Assembly: GCA_965153285.1 (NCBI GenBank)
Contig: OZ229110.1
DNA: 64,000 nt
Strand: one strand, 5' to 3'
Origin: Podarcis tiliguerta
Taxonomy: Eukaryota
In this document: in pieces, positions 38,768 through 52,945 of the stretch
How positions within the stretch are numbered: the first letter of the stretch is position 1
How the letters are laid out: each line of letters starts with the position of its first letter
Notes under the pieces: model-generated
Databases searched by the model: none
The model's input: the letters and a program-made list of their open reading frames with translations, nothing else
What the model was told of the DNA's origin: nothing
Translations under genes and position numbers: made by a program

Positions 38768-39358
38768 AAGACATGCTGCTTACAGTACTATCCTTAGCAG
38801 CAGCTTCTGCACTGTGAACATTAGTCATCAGCTCGTGTCTTCTGAGCTACTTACTTTTGGGCAGACAAGATCACCACAGCAGAGCCAAACATTCTCAAGG
38901 ATGTAGAAGATGGCCTTTAAACCATTTTCTTATGAACTGATTTCTCCCTGGTCACAGCCTAGCTGACATCTCAGGCAATGGTGATCAATGTATTATGGCC
39001 AGACATAGGAACTGGCTACAAAGCTGAGGCATGGATACAGATTTGCAGATCAGGTTAGTAAGCACCCCAATCTCCAGCTCTATCCTCTTTGCAGATCCAT
39101 GGGAATTTGTCCTGGTAGAGACCCAAGGACAAAACGCAGGTTCAGCAAAGAAAGATGTTCAAAAAACACACTAAGACTTGACATTCCTTTTGAATGACCA
39201 AGCAACCCTACAAGGTCTGATAGACCAATAGATTTAAGTGTAAGGGATCAAACACCAAACATGCAGAAAAAGGCTCATCCTAGTCATTGTCTGAACTTAC
39301 CCTTGCCTAAAAGAAAATAAAACGTCTCCAGTTTACGTCAGGCAGCCATATGTGCCAT

Positions 39359-39499
39359 TAGAATCATAGAATTGTATAGTTGGAAGGAACTACAAGGGTT
39401 GTCTAGTCCAACCCCCTGCAATGCAGGAATCTTTTGCCCAACGTGGGGCTCAAACACATTATCCTGAGATTAAGAGTCTTATGCTCTACCAGTTGAGCT
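39359..39499 (-). mobile_element. tRNA-Lys-derived SINE with CR1-type tail (second copy)
   Basis: Same head (AGCTCAACTGGTAGAGCATAAGACTCTTAATCTCAGG..) and tail (GGGTTGGACTAG..CCTTCCAACT..ATTCTATGATTCT). Confidence 0.75.
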
Positions 39500-41774
39500 G
39501 TGCTGTCCATCATGGGCAAAAAGCAGTTGCCCTCTTCATGTTGTGACAGGTTCAAACAGCCATGGAGACATGGCTAAGATTGTGTCCTTTGACTACGCTT
39601 TGAGTTTGCCCAGAAGCAGAGGGACAATTTTCTGGTGTCACCAACCTCCAGAAAGCTACAATATATCAGCACTGGAAAAACAAGACTTCTGGAATCAATA
39701 GATCACATCCCAAATTGTTTATCCCTTGATGGTACAACTCATTGCTTATGATACTGAATGGGGCAGGGAAAGGTTTAGTTCTTCATTATGCTAGGAGGTT
39801 GCAGACTGGGCCCAAGGCTCTGGAAAGGGTTGATGGTCCTGGGAAAAGGCTGAACAGAGTGACTCCACAATTTGCTGATGGAGAAAGGAGACTGAGGATA
39901 ATGGGAATGGGCAAGTCTCTAGCCACGAACCATGCAATAAAAATGCAACATCAGCATGTGAAACCCAAAATGTGTATCGGCTAATCTATGCTGGTGGGGG
40001 AAATTGTGCTGGGCCGCTAATGTGTTTTCAGTTAGTCTCTGCCCAGAAGGATAACATCTTGCTATTCAACAGCATTTGTTTTTCAAAGCGGGATCAGAAT
40101 AAAAGGGGGGGGGGGGAGGACTGGAAAAATAATACGATTAAAATGCTAGCACACAAGTCAGTGGTGTGTCCTCATAGGTACAGCATTAGTTTTCCCATTC
40201 CAAAAGGGTATTCCGTTATTAGAGGGATGAAGAAATCTTGCTTGCCCTTTAGAATTAAAACGTGCAACAAAGTTAGAACAAAACGAGAGCTGCTTGTTTC
40301 ATCTGAGCATGATAACAGGTCAACGAGACCTAAAGAGAAATCAAAATGCCAAAAGTTAGGCAATGAGTGGGTAAGTATTCTCTTACCCAAGCATGAATTT
40401 CCCTGTCACAGGCACTCAGCCAAAGAAAGCCTGTATGATGGATTGACAGCAGCCCAGCTGCTCTAACTTAGAGTTTTTCACATCCCTTTAAAAAAAAAAA
40501 ATGCTTGAAATTACGAATTAAAGCAAGTATGGTAGAGAACGAACAGCGATAGATTTGGGCTACAGGAGCTTGGTTGGGGTTTAATTGAAAGGGCCGCAGA
40601 GGCGATGGCACAGATCACTGTCCAAGTTCTAGAAAAAGTGCATCTCAACCTGGGCGAGCTCAAACTACTGCCAGGGTGAGGGTCAAATGTGCTCCCCCTG
40701 CCCTTGAAGACTACCTATGAAAAAACGTTGGGGGGGGGGGAGTCCACATGGATTTTTATCGCCAGTATTTATCTGGCTAAGGGTCAAATGAAACAGACCA
40801 GCAGCAATTGCATGATGGGCTTAAAAAACAAGCAGCAACTTGGAGGCACACCCACTCACCCCAATCCTTGACACTTTTGCTCACCTCCATGCTCCCAACT
40901 CTTGTCTGTCTGCACCAGCTATTAATATTGGGAAAAGCTTTTTCCAGTCCAGGTTACAGGTGTGGGAACCCTAGTCTGGCACAGGACCACAGTGAAGGGC
41001 AGAAGGTTAATCTCATTGGCAGGCGAGCTTGGTACTAAGCTGATGTAGATGGGAGACCACACACGAAAAAAGCAGAGGAGTGAGCATAAACAGCAGAGTC
41101 ACGGCGATGGAGTGGGGCTTATGGTGGAAAAGGAGGAAATGCAAGCAAGGAGAACTGGATTACTGTAGATCAGTCACAGCCCCTCACTTAAGTATGTGAA
41201 AATGAAACATAAGTAGAAGGGCAAAGGACCAATAGGCACTGCAACAAGAGCAGAGTTGGCCCCCTTTTTATTGGCCTCATTCCTGAAAGAGGTCAATGGT
41301 AGAGCACATGGAACCAGTCCCAGGTTGAATTCCTGATCTCTCCACTTAAAACGATGTGGGATAGCACAGCTGCAAGAGACCCCTGCCAGAGACCTTGGAG
41401 AGCTGCTACCAGCCAGAGTCGGCAGCCCCAAACATAATAGGACAATGAAGAATAGCTTTGGTATAAAGCAGCTTCACAGGAGAACAAAATGCGGTTGAAG
41501 TAAACAGCGTCATTATCATGTTCATGGTAAAGGGATCTGACTAGTTCACTAAGAAGCAAAATCAACCAAATGTTCATGGTAAGCTTAGCGACTTCATTCT
41601 CAGCAGAAAACAAGCTCAAGTTCTATCTGCTATCCAATCCCTCGGACCACAGATCTATCAAGAACAGCAGGCTTTCAGAAAGGAGCCAATTTTGGCAGTT
41701 CTGGTGCATCTACCCATTCCCCTCCTCTGACCAAGCAACTTGTTTGAACAGAAAATTCCCAATTCCAAAAAATA

Positions 41775-41784
41775 TTTATTTATT
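41775..41784 (-). terminator. Probable TGFB3 polyadenylation signal (overlapping AATAAA x2)
   Basis: Minus strand reads AAGAAAATAAATAAATATTTT about 790 nt after the stop codon. Confidence 0.65.
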
Positions 41785-42566
41785 TTCTTTACAATAGTTG
41801 AGGTTAATACTTCTTAATACAACCTTGGCAGGTGTGGCCTGGGCCAGGTCCTTGTGCAAGAGATGTGCAGATTTCCTTACAATACCTTAGCCACCACAGC
41901 AAGTGCAGGATCCTTTGGAGATTACTTTGAAGAATCCTGCATTTGCTGCCCACTCTTACCCAGAGGTAATCGAGCAGGGACTCCAGGAGGAGAGAAACTG
42001 GGTGAGAATTCACCATAGTCAAAAGGTCCTCTCTAAAGTGGTCGTTCTGAGAAGTTGGGACCACTGACTCCTGCACCCATTTGTAGGCAGAATAATTATG
42101 TCCATTATGTTCTGGTTCTAAGAAAATATTACGTTCCTTCTTCATAAGGAAATCTTCGTTACTCTGTAGGAAAGGCTGGGCTCGCAGAGAAGTCAATGGT
42201 GGGATAAGAAGTCCCATTGTTCCTGCCAAATGTCCGCAGCTCTGCTAATCGTTTCCTCCTTCAATGAATTTTTCCTCATTTGCTTCTTTCTGTCTGTCCA
42301 CTAAATGTTTAGCCGGTACGTGTGTCTTCTTCCCCAGCCTCCGTATTGCAAAAGTAACTCCCAAAGAAAGAGAGGCATGAAGGCAGAGAGGTGTGGGTGT
42401 GTTGTTTTTTTTAATTAAAGGTCTTCGAAGTGGGTAGATAGTCCTTGACTGCAGCGTAAGAAAAGCCAGATTACAGTACCTTCCTTCAAGTACTTGTTTC
42501 TTTTTGACCTGGGAGCAGAGAACGGATCACTGCAATTTCTCGGCTGTGGTTGGCACTGGGTCCCTT

Positions 42567-42806
<240 letters not shown>

Positions 42807-44612
42807 TCAGTGATCTTAAACTGTGTAGCTTACCACACCCAGCTCCACCGCTAACATATTTAACAGCTTGTTAGGCAATATGGTTATTAATTTGCAGCAG
42901 CTGAGTAAAGCCCAGCCTGAAGTAAGAAACACAAGTGCAGCCCTGTAGCCCTCAGACCTCGACTCTGCATTCAAATAAGCAAAGCCTGCTCTTTTAAAAA
43001 CAAAAATCCCTGGGTGTAACCATCCTATGGCCCTGTTTGAATTTCAAGAAAAACAGCTGAAAAAAATCAACTTGCTTTGGCCAGCATCTCCAGATCATGC
43101 TGGATTTAATCCAGTCCCTCTCGGATATCTACATTCTCTCCCAGCTTTTTGAATCCTCTACCAATCCAATGAGGTCTCTCTCTGCTTCATCTCATATATT
43201 GCCAGAGAGAGAAAGAGGGAATGCCAGATGAGAGCCCTGGGAGACTCTGACAGATTCTTCCGCCTCCTCCTTAGTCTTGGATCTGAACCACTCTTTGAAA
43301 CATCTAACCTTAGAGCAGGGCTTCTCCCCAAAGGCTGCTGCTTTTCATGCAAGAGGGGTGTTGGTGATTTATGGGGGAAAGAGTCACCATCTGCTTTTAT
43401 CCCTACTAAAAATGCCTCTCTAAATACTGAGGAGTCTGCCTTACTGTAAAAGAAGAACAATTTCCCTCAGGCTACAGAAGCCTGCCTAATGCTAACAATG
43501 ATGGCACACGTTCTAGTCCTCAGCTTCTCCCTAAACCCTCATAAATCATTCCTTTAAGGTTTGAAATGACAAGGGTTGCGGAATCCCCTCTACTGGCTTC
43601 TCCATAATGGACACCTCTGACAATTTTTTCACAGCTTCATCGTGCCGCTGGCACACCTGCATATAACTAGAATTTGACTAGTGAAGGGTTCTCTTCCTTT
43701 GGGAACAGGAGCCAAAACTTGCCTTCACTCCTAATAAACAGATCCTCTCGCACTGTGTGTGTCTTTCCTTAATTATACTTAAACCTTGCCCTGCCCTGTG
43801 GGCTCAGATCAGCTTATGGCAGCTTCATCTAGGTCATGTCTATCCCCATAGGGCTCACAACCTAAGTAATAGCGTTTTATTGAGCTGCATTGGGGAAACT
43901 CTCCCGATGCCCTCTCTCCATTATAAAGTCTTGCCCTTTCCACATGCTCTAGGAAATGTCTCCCTTGAGACCATAGCACCATCTGTCAGGCACTGGTTTT
44001 CTGTCATTTTAGTCTGAGGTTACGACATAACATCAACTTCCTTTAAAATCTTGATGCTGCCAAGTATATTGCCAGAAATACACTACCACTTCTTCCATAG
44101 GGCTCTCTTCTTTTTGGGTCATCGAGGAATGCAGGAAGCTGCCTATGCTGTGCAGATGCCAATGCTGCTTGGCTGAGCAGCTGAAACCAGCCACAAGGGA
44201 TAACATAGATCTCCTCTACAAAAAGCCATAATCAGGAAATGCTTGCAGTGCTTAGAAATAAGCATCCCTGCAACTGCTCTATGGATTGTAGACTCTCCTA
44301 TGCCACACAAGTTCAGGGACTTGTACCAGAATCATTGGGGGCGGGGAGTTTGTGGCCTGCACAGGTGAGAGCAAAGCTTAAAATATACAACATCTGACCT
44401 ATCTCAGAAATCAGGATGGGTTTGGATGGAAGGATCCCACTGACTATTGTACGTCTTGCCCTTCGTTTCCTACTCTGTAGTTCCTACACATCCTGTACAT
44501 TTGTTATGCATAGGGCTCCTTCCTCTCCTCTATTCCGTTCCCCACCCAAAATATTCCAGCTGGTATAGAAGTACGTTTATGGTAACTTGCATAACTCATC
44601 CCATTTCCAATA

Positions 44613-44854
44613 CAGTGCTACCTCTGGTTACGTACTTAATTCGTTCTGGAGGTCCGTTCTTAACTTGAAACTGTTCTTAACCTGAGGTACCACTTTAGCT
44701 AATGGGGCCTCCCACTGCTGCTGCGCTGCCGGAGCACGCTTTCTGTTCTCACCCTGAAGCAAAGTTCTTAACCCGGGGTACTATTTCTGGGGTAGTGGAG
44801 TCTGTAACCTGAAGCGTCTGTAACCTGAAGCGTCTGTAACCCGAGGTACCACTG
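44613..44854. mobile_element. Tc1/mariner-type MITE in TGFB3 intron 6
   Basis: Same family as the 14874 copy; TA TSD. Confidence 0.9.
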
Positions 44855-45689
44855 TATGAAGAGGACATGAGGAAACATGCCAGAGGCAACCAGGTGTATT
44901 GAGCAGCACAAGTACTAGAATTTGACCAGTGAAATTCAATGCATGTGAGAAGAGCAGCCTCAACCAAGACACATCAATGATTATTCCCAAGTTCGCTTCA
45001 AAGGCGCATCCATCCTACAGAAAGGCAACTACTGAGGCTGCCATTTGCCAAAGGCCTGAAAGTGAGTACAGAGCTGAGATGGTAGCTGAACCCAGGACTA
45101 AATCTAATTCTCACTCCATGTGAAACAGAATCCCTGGTTAAAATACCAATAGCTAGCAAACTACTCCACTCTAAACTTTGAATTACGTTATGAGAAGCCT
45201 AAATAGGTACTGATTCTGAGTGTCCACACATTTCCATCAGTCATGCCACACCAACATGAGGCAGATCAAAGTCTTGAGCGTTATAAAACAAGAAAATAAA
45301 AAATAGCTCTAAGAATTAGAAAATGTCATTTCTCTATACAGATTTCCTTCACACTCACACCCCTAAGTTCTTCTATTGGTGACTTCTGCAGCTACATGTA
45401 TTGCTGTGCTTTCCTTTGAAACACATCAGCGAAGCCGGGGGTGGCGGTCTTGTCATCTGGGCAGCCCTGGACCTCCCTACACTCAGCCCAGGCTTGTGAC
45501 CCAGTGAACTAACACAGCAGTTTGACTTCACCCATGGAGGCACACTCTATTGTCTCTTGAGGCAGGCGGATGCCACCAGTTCCGTGAGCCTCTAGAAACT
45601 TTAATAACTATGATTTATTTATTTTTAATTTGGGGGAGACAGATCTCCCAAATTCTAGGTTCCCTGCTAATATTAAGGAGCTGATGTAC

Positions 45690-45843
45690 CGTGCTGTGAG
45701 TTGTGTCTGCACTGCGGAGGTATGGGCAAGGTCCAGAGCAGAAGTTGGCGAAGTATCCCTTGGGTTCGTGGACCCATTTCCAGCCCAGGTCTTGCCGAAA
45801 GTCAATGTAGAGGCGACGCACACAGCAGTTTTCCTCCATGTTC
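45690..45843 (-). CDS. TGFB3: TGF-beta 3 exon 6 (mature domain)
   Basis: ttccag|GAACATG...AGCACG|gtacat; 154 nt; [51 protein letters not shown]. Confidence 0.98.
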
Positions 45844-46539
45844 CTGGAAGAAAAGGGTTTGAAATGGAATCAAGGGCTTTGGAGAAACAGGAACTTCTCC
45901 TCTGCACCATAGTTTTCACTTGGTGCTGGAAGCCCAAACAAGCAGTAGGCCAGACTAGTGACCTAGCAAGCTGGATTTGAAATCTACCAGCTGAATGTGG
46001 CAGCACAAATTAAGTTTTGCTGCCTGACTGGAATTGGTTAAATTTGTAACTACTCGCCTAACAAGTCCATCAGCAAAAGCTCTGGGCAAGGACTTCCTAT
46101 TTCACAATGGAGCATCCCCCCCAAAAAAAACATGGCTCTGGGGGGAGGGCCAGGGGAACCACCAAAACAGCACATGGGGGAGGAATGTGGGTCCTTTGAT
46201 CAGGCGGGCTGAAATGCCGAGAGGAGGCTCAGAAGCGTGTGACCCTGAATTCCTATTTCACTAAAACTGAGGGAAACATTGCAAGCCACTGAGCTCCGCA
46301 TGTGCAAAGCAGGAAATGCGAAACTCAAAGGCATCCCTCATTGTCAAGCACAATATTTGACTGAACTAGTCATCCCTGCTTTGCATCGGGCTTCCAGAAC
46401 GTTTCCCCATCACACTGCAAGCATGGAATCAAAACAAAAACTAGCCAATTGCCAGCCTTGCAGCTGCAGAGCAAACCGGCGGAGCCACAGTTAACCCCAG
46501 GGGTGAGGTTGAAGGGAAGGAGAGGGATCCATCGCTTAC

Positions 46540-46714
46540 CTAAAGCAGTAATTGGTGTCGAGCGCCCTTTTCTTCCTCTGGCTTCTCAGGGCGGGGCTCC
46601 CAAGTCGGTGGGGGGGCAGCATCATCAGGATCAAGTGGGGGTTGTGCAGGTCCTTCTGCTTCTTCAAGCTCCCCAAGTCCCCACGCCCCACGTGGCTGTC
46701 CTCACTCTCAATGC
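46540..46714 (-). CDS. TGFB3: TGF-beta 3 exon 5 (RGD motif, RKKR furin site, start of mature ligand)
   Basis: ttccag|GCATT...TTTAG|gtaagc; 175 nt; [59 protein letters not shown]; RGDLGSL at 46665-46685, RKKR at 46566-46577. Confidence 0.98.
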
Positions 46715-48061
46715 CTGGAAGGGGAAGGGGAAGGGCATTAGCAAAACTGCACGGCCACTCTAGAGCTGCAGCGGAAAATGTTGGCATCCATGGAGGATGT
46801 TTAACAGGAGGGCAGCTTGGGAAACTCTCCAGCAGCCTGGCCCCTGTGAGGTTCCTCTGTAAGGGCTGCAGCCAGCCTTGCCAGGAGAAACGAGGTTTCC
46901 TCTTAGCCTGAAACCAAGTGTTGTGGGTCATTTGCTTTATAATTTGTATACTGGTGGTGGGGCCATTAATATGCTCCTCTTGTTACTGGTTTCAGTCTCA
47001 AGAAAGGCCGAGGAAGATTAATGGCTTAAGGAAGATGTCAGATGACTGGAACTGTGCAGCAGAAGGAATATCCAGGATGTGGAGCCTGTGGGTATCGTGG
47101 CCACAGCCCAGGGCCCAAAGCCAGGCAGCTGCTAATGTTGAACCTAACTCAGCCGCTGGCTGCCTGTGCCACCTCAGGCAGGATGCCCAAATTCTTCATG
47201 CCCACATCATGACAGCTGGAAACTAGAGTCAAACCAAGAACGCAGCAGAACCGAGTTTTCCAGAGAGACTTTAACTTCAGCAATGCATCTGCTTCGCACA
47301 CCTTTACGCACCAAGATATATATGCAGTGGTGGACCTACATTTTGGGGGCCCTGAAACCTGAATTGTCATGGGGGCCCCTTCACAACCAGCAACCAAGAG
47401 GTGGGGGTAACCACTGTTGTCTTCTTCACTGGGGTTGTACCACGACGGATTACCACGCCTTGACAACGTCTGTGTGGCTGACTCTTAAAACATTGGGACT
47501 GTTGAAATATATACAAAAAACAAACAACCTAATCCATTTAAGTCATGCGACTCAAATTGGGTCTTACTAGACCTAAATTTTTTAAGGAATGTAGACTACA
47601 GTTGCTTTTGGAGCCCCTCCAAAATGAGGGGCCCTAAAGCTTAGGCTTCAGTAGTTTCACAGTAGATCCACCCTTGAATATATCCCTTCACTTTAGCATT
47701 CTGTGCCAGTTTCTCTGTCATGGCCTTTCCCCAAAGAGTCCTGGGAACTGTTGTTTGGGGGAGGTGCTTAGAATTCTGTTAAAAGTACCTAGCATCCCTC
47801 ACAAAACTACAGTTCCCAAGATTCCCCACAGAAAGGAGATTACTATCAAACCCATGCATTTGTGAGGTACGTGTGCCTCCACACTTCTGAGGTAACTCCC
47901 TGCCCTCCTATGACAACCCCAACACAGGTTTATTGTTAAGAAACACAGCAAAACCCACACAGAAACAATGTTTTAAAAACACTCCGATGTAGATGGGAAA
48001 ATGATTCATTTCTCCTGGTGGCCCATTTCGCTGCTTCCCCCTCCAATCTCTCCCCTCTCAC

Positions 48062-48169
48062 CTTTGAACTTGATCTCCAGCACCTCATGCAAGTTCTCCA
48101 GGATGTCGCCATTGGACTGGAAGGTGTTACAGGGGCAGTGGATGCTGATCTCCAGCCCCAGGTTAGATT
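48062..48169 (-). CDS. TGFB3: TGF-beta 3 exon 4
   Basis: aaacag|AATCTAAC...TTCAAAG|gtgaga; 108 nt; [36 protein letters not shown] (not in ORF track; read directly). Confidence 0.97.
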
Positions 48170-48526
48170 CTGTTTGGAGAGAAAGAATTCATGAGAACTA
48201 GCAACTTAACGTCCCTGCAATCCAAACAGTTCTTCAGCAATTCCATTTCCTTTGTCCCACCGATGTTTAATTTCCTTGGAGACAACGGCACTGACATTCT
48301 CCTATGTTGCGGAAAACGGAGGTGGAGTTTTACATGCAGCGAATATGGACTTTCTGCCCCAAGTGGCGGCTCATGATGCATTTTCCTATCCTGCTCCATG
48401 CTGCACAGTTGAAGTCACCTCAGGTCCTGACATCATCCAGGTTCCTCACCTTTGCTCCCCAACATTGGCTGCCAGTGGCAGGAATAGGAAAATGCACAAT
48501 GTAATGACATTAAGACATTAAGACTT

Positions 48527-48765
48527 GTAAAACTACAAGAAAGAAGATTCCACCTAAACATTAGGAAGAACTTCCTGACAGTAAGAGCTGTTCGACAGTG
48601 GAATTTGCTGCCAAGGAGTGTGGTGGAGTCTCCTTCTTTGGAGGTCTTTAAGCAGAGGCTTGACAACCATATGTCAGGGGTGCTCTGATGGTGTTTCCTG
48701 CTTGGCAGGGGGTTGGACTCGATGGCCCTTGTGGTCTATTCCAACTCTACGATTCTATGATTCTA
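48527..48765 (+). mobile_element. CR1 LINE 3' end
   Basis: [41 protein letters not shown], then 3'UTR with an (ATTCTATG)n-type tail. Confidence 0.9.
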
Positions 48766-48839
48766 AGATGCTATGGAGAGAGACTGGGGGCAGGTAAGCA
48801 GACCCGGGTTGCTCTTTGGCAGCAATCCCAAAAGCCTTC

Positions 48840-49621
48840 TAGGGATGGCAGAGAAATTTGATTCTAGCTGCATTCACATGGCAGTTTATTCAATTTTTGC
48901 AACTTTCCCCTAACTTTTAAGTTCTGCATTACATCTGAGCTTCCACACCACATAAAAGCCCCTGCTAGAACTATAAGTGGAATATAGTGCAAGTTTAGTG
49001 CTCATATCTATATAATTTCCTTCCAGAAAAAAATCAGTCTGCAAATTTTATGGAAATGAGTGCTAAACTTGCACTATATTCCATTATAGTTTTGCCATGT
49101 TTCACTATAGTTCCAGAAGTGGTTTTTATATCATGTGAAAGCTCAAATATAATGTAGAAATTAACAGCTAGGGAAGCAACATGAAAATGCAATAAACGAC
49201 TTTGTGAATGCAGCCTCGGTTTGCATTTAAAGCCGAACCTACTAAATTTGCACTTGCTGAAACAGTACAAAACACAGCTATCCTTCAAAATGCATGCCTC
49301 TCCAAATGCAGTTTTCCCAACAAATAATATATGCAAAAGTGCATATACTAGGATAAAGTATGCTTGAAAATACATAAATTAGTGAACATAATGTTCAAAA
49401 CAGCATTATATTAGACATAATGGCTTTGGGGGAAAGTATGTATTAGGCAAAACTGCATACAAATGTGTGGCTATTAGGAGAAATGGCCACTCAAATGCTA
49501 ATAGATTTTCATGAGATTTTCATTTTTAAAAATACGTATATGGAGATGTGGAGAACTGAATTTAATATTGGAAAAATGAGAAAGTGATAGAAAGCAACAC
49601 TTAGCGATCCACCAATCCCTA
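48840..49621. mobile_element. Old TAGGGATG-ended DNA element containing a nested palindromic MITE (48866-49215)
   Basis: Outer ends TAGGGATGG../..AATCCCTA; inner element GCTGCATTCAC...GTGAATGCAGC is an imperfect fold-back. Confidence 0.65.
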
Positions 49622-50730
49622 GCAGTTCCACTTTGATGCTGTTTCAAGTTCCACTGAGATTTTGCATGGTCACGTCCTTTTGAATTTGTATGAGTCCAAG
49701 CAGGATTTTCCTGAATTATGTTCATAATAAGTTTTATAGCCAAATCAGAAAACACACAAAAGAGAGGACTCTTGAAACTCAAGGCTCCAGACCTATGATA
49801 ATTTGGTGGGAGAAATCCCTCAGAATTTATTTCTAAGTAAATATGAACAGCATTAAGCTGCACAACTCTCCTGTCCTTGTGTTTATATAAATGGTTGAGA
49901 CTAACAAGAAAGCTGCTTTTTGGAATTCTGTACCACAAGTCAGAAATCCCACAAAAACAAAACAACCACAAAACCCTAAATGCTGCAACTGGGATCTTTG
50001 TTGGGAACAGTAACACAGGTTTATCCATTTTACATATGTAATTTCGACCTTGAATTTGGCTTGCATTGTCATGGAATTTGAAAGCTCTGGCAAGGGGTGG
50101 GGGAAAGAAGCAGTAACCAACATATACTGTGCAAGTGGACATTGCTAGCTGCAGTCAGAGGAATTGTCTAAGGCTCTTGAGGATCAAGCTAGAAGCAGCC
50201 ATTGGATCTCAGCACCTGTTTAATCTTCCCAGCTGGTGGCAGCTGCTGAATCCCACATCTTGAATTCTATAGCTGCCGGCATTTCTCCTGATATTCTCTG
50301 ATGAATGCCGAGCCCTGCACCAACTGTTATATTGCACAAGCCACAAAGCCCTGGGTAAGGTACCTGCTGCTTGTATCTCCAAGCGTCACCTACATCAAAA
50401 GCTGTGCGACATGCATGCTGCTAGTCAGATTAACAGCTTTGCACTACCAATAGTTCAGTCCCTGGACTCTGGCCAAGAAAAATCTAAGAAGCGTAAAATC
50501 GACTTCTCCTCCTAGAATTTATTGCCTGCATACCAGCTTTGACTGGCATCCAGATACGACTGTACCTGCAAGGACAGGCCAACTATGAATCAATATTCTT
50601 GCCTCAAGATGCCCTCATGCCCAGCAGCTTCTTGTGCTGAACAGAAGCAAATTTCTTGCCAATTCCTCTAAGACAGTGTAGATATCGACTTGATGCGAGT
50701 GCATTTGGGTTCACTATGGGGTGACAGATT

Positions 50731-51016
50731 CAGTGGCGTAGCGTGGGGGGTGCAGGGGGGGCCGGCCGCACCGGGCGCAACATCTGGGGGGGGGCGCTCG
50801 CACTCGCAGCTCTCTGCCCCTACCTGGCTCACTCACTCTCTCTCAGCACTGTCACAGATTTCGCAAAAATTTCGCTATTGTCACACGGATCCTCCTCCTA
50901 GCCAATCAGGAAGTGGGATAATCTAGTGGAAGAGACTCGAGTGCTAAAATCCACGGGTTAGGGGGCGCAAATTACTTGCCTTGCCCCGGGTGCTGACAAC
51001 CCACGCTACGCCACTG
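50731..51016. mobile_element. hAT-type MITE (same family as 35475 copy, longer interior)
   Basis: Same TIRs; TSD gacagatt/gatagatt. Confidence 0.88.
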
Positions 51017-52598
51017 GATAGATTTAGCCCAATATCGTAGCTGACCATTGGTGCACCCCCTTACATGAGTTCCACCTTCATAAGGGTGTGTCGGTGCAAC
51101 ACATGTGTGCTCACATGTGTGCATGTAGACTAGAGCATGGCCTCTACATGCTAAATCTGAAAATGGAAGAGTTACAGCGGTGGTGGTACGTCAATGGTGA
51201 AGCCTGCCAATGGTGACATCTGACAGGATCTCTGCTTCAGGCTTTTATTTTTTCTAAAATAGTATGTCCCCCAACTTTCCAGAACATTGTTGATTTAAAA
51301 ACAAAAAAACAAAACAGCCATCATGTCACAAAAACATGGCAGCTACCAGTGAGGGCTTGCATTTTTTTTTAACCCACAGTGCCCTAGAACGACAGAACTT
51401 CAAAGGCACGGCATTTTGAGAAAACTAAGATGGGAAATGCAGAGGGGCCATTCGATGGCACTTTGCCAAGACCCCCTCACAACCCTGGCACAGCTCTGAG
51501 GGACTTGTGGTACCACTGAATCAGTGGCACTGACTTACTGGCAGTCTCATCCCAGCCACCTGCACCTGCAGTCGGGATACCAGTTGCCCAGGAGACCTTT
51601 GGGGCTGGGTTCCCCCACCCACCTGACCTTTCCAACTTTCCTTGGGCTAGTTTGGTCTACCCTCTGTGCAATTTGAGTGAGGCACTGGGGAGCAGTGTCA
51701 AGCAACAGAGTTGTCAGTGGCTTGGTGAGAACAGCCACAGAAGCAGCGGGGGACCACTCTCAACTTACAAGTATGGGCCTCCCTCACAAGTTAGTTGCCT
51801 TAATTTTCTGTAGCATGGACAGGATTTCTCCCTCTGATTTTGGCCTTTCAGTCTGTTTATCTAAGAACTGGAGCAGGTTAATGAACTACTTGAGAAATGG
51901 ACAAAATTATCGACTGGCGAACTCTCTGGACAGCACTATTACTTAGGGTGATGGAAATCCAGTGAAGTGCTTTGCTCAAAAGCATACTTCCCTCAGAGAA
52001 GTTAATTACTCATATATCTGAAGCTGCTGGGAAATCTGTCAGAATGCTTACATCCTCACAAAATAGAATGAACCGATGACAGTTATTACTGGTTAAATTT
52101 AGACTCTTTTGTTTAGATTACAGATGCTGTAGTCACTGAGTGAGCATAATGAATCAAAATGGTGATTTCCATGTCTGAATGGCTTGTAGAGCTGTTGGAC
52201 TAGAACTGGAAAAACTCAGGTTCAAATGCCCACTCAGCCACCAAGTCAATAGTTAACCTTCAGCTGACTATTCCCTCTCAATCTAACTTACCTCACAGGG
52301 ATAAAGAAGAAAGATGTGAGGATAAAGAAGGAAGTTTATGGTACCCAGAGCCCCTTAGAGGAGTGGGAAGGTCAAAATAAATATGACTGGGTGCCACAGA
52401 TATCATGTCAAGCGCAATGCCTTTCTCTGAGGTCAATATCCTCTTTTTAGCTCTCCCTATTTTGATTCGTATTCCCTTTCCTTGATTAATTGCAAATATG
52501 TACTGTATTACTTGTTATAATTTACATTACTTATTATTTGAGATATTTATATACCGCTAAACTTCACAAAGCCATTTACATCAAATTATTATTAAATT

Positions 52599-52945
52599 GG
52601 TTAAACCACAGAGCCTAGGACTTGCTGATCAGAAGGTTGGCGGTTCGAATCCCTGCGACAGGGTGAGCTCCTGTTGCTCGGTCCCTGCTCCTGCCAACCT
52701 AGCAGTTCGAAAGCACATCAAAGTGCAAGTAGATAAATAGGGACCGCTCCAGCGGGAAGGTAAACGGCATTTCCGTGCGCTGCTCTGGTTCGCCAGAAGC
52801 GGCTTAGTCATGCTGGCCACATGACCCGGAAGCTGTCCAGGGACAAACGCCTGCTCCCTCGGCCTATAGAGCGAGATGAGCGCCGCAACCCCAGAGTCGG
52901 TCACGACTGGACCTAATGATCAGGGGTCCCTTTACCTTTACCTTT
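52599..52945 (+). mobile_element. Sauria SINE, slightly 5'-truncated, in TGFB3 intron 3
   Basis: 13-bp TSD ttattattaaatt; lacks the first ~20 nt of the head. Confidence 0.92.

Noticed and set aside
39972-40466. 164-aa ORF between the two gene ends
   Set aside because: Crosses a poly-G run, no domain, no splice or promoter support.
49498-50142. 214-aa minus-strand ORF in TGFB3 intron 3
   Set aside because: Runs into a DNA-transposon relic; TGFB3 exons 3 and 4 join correctly without it.
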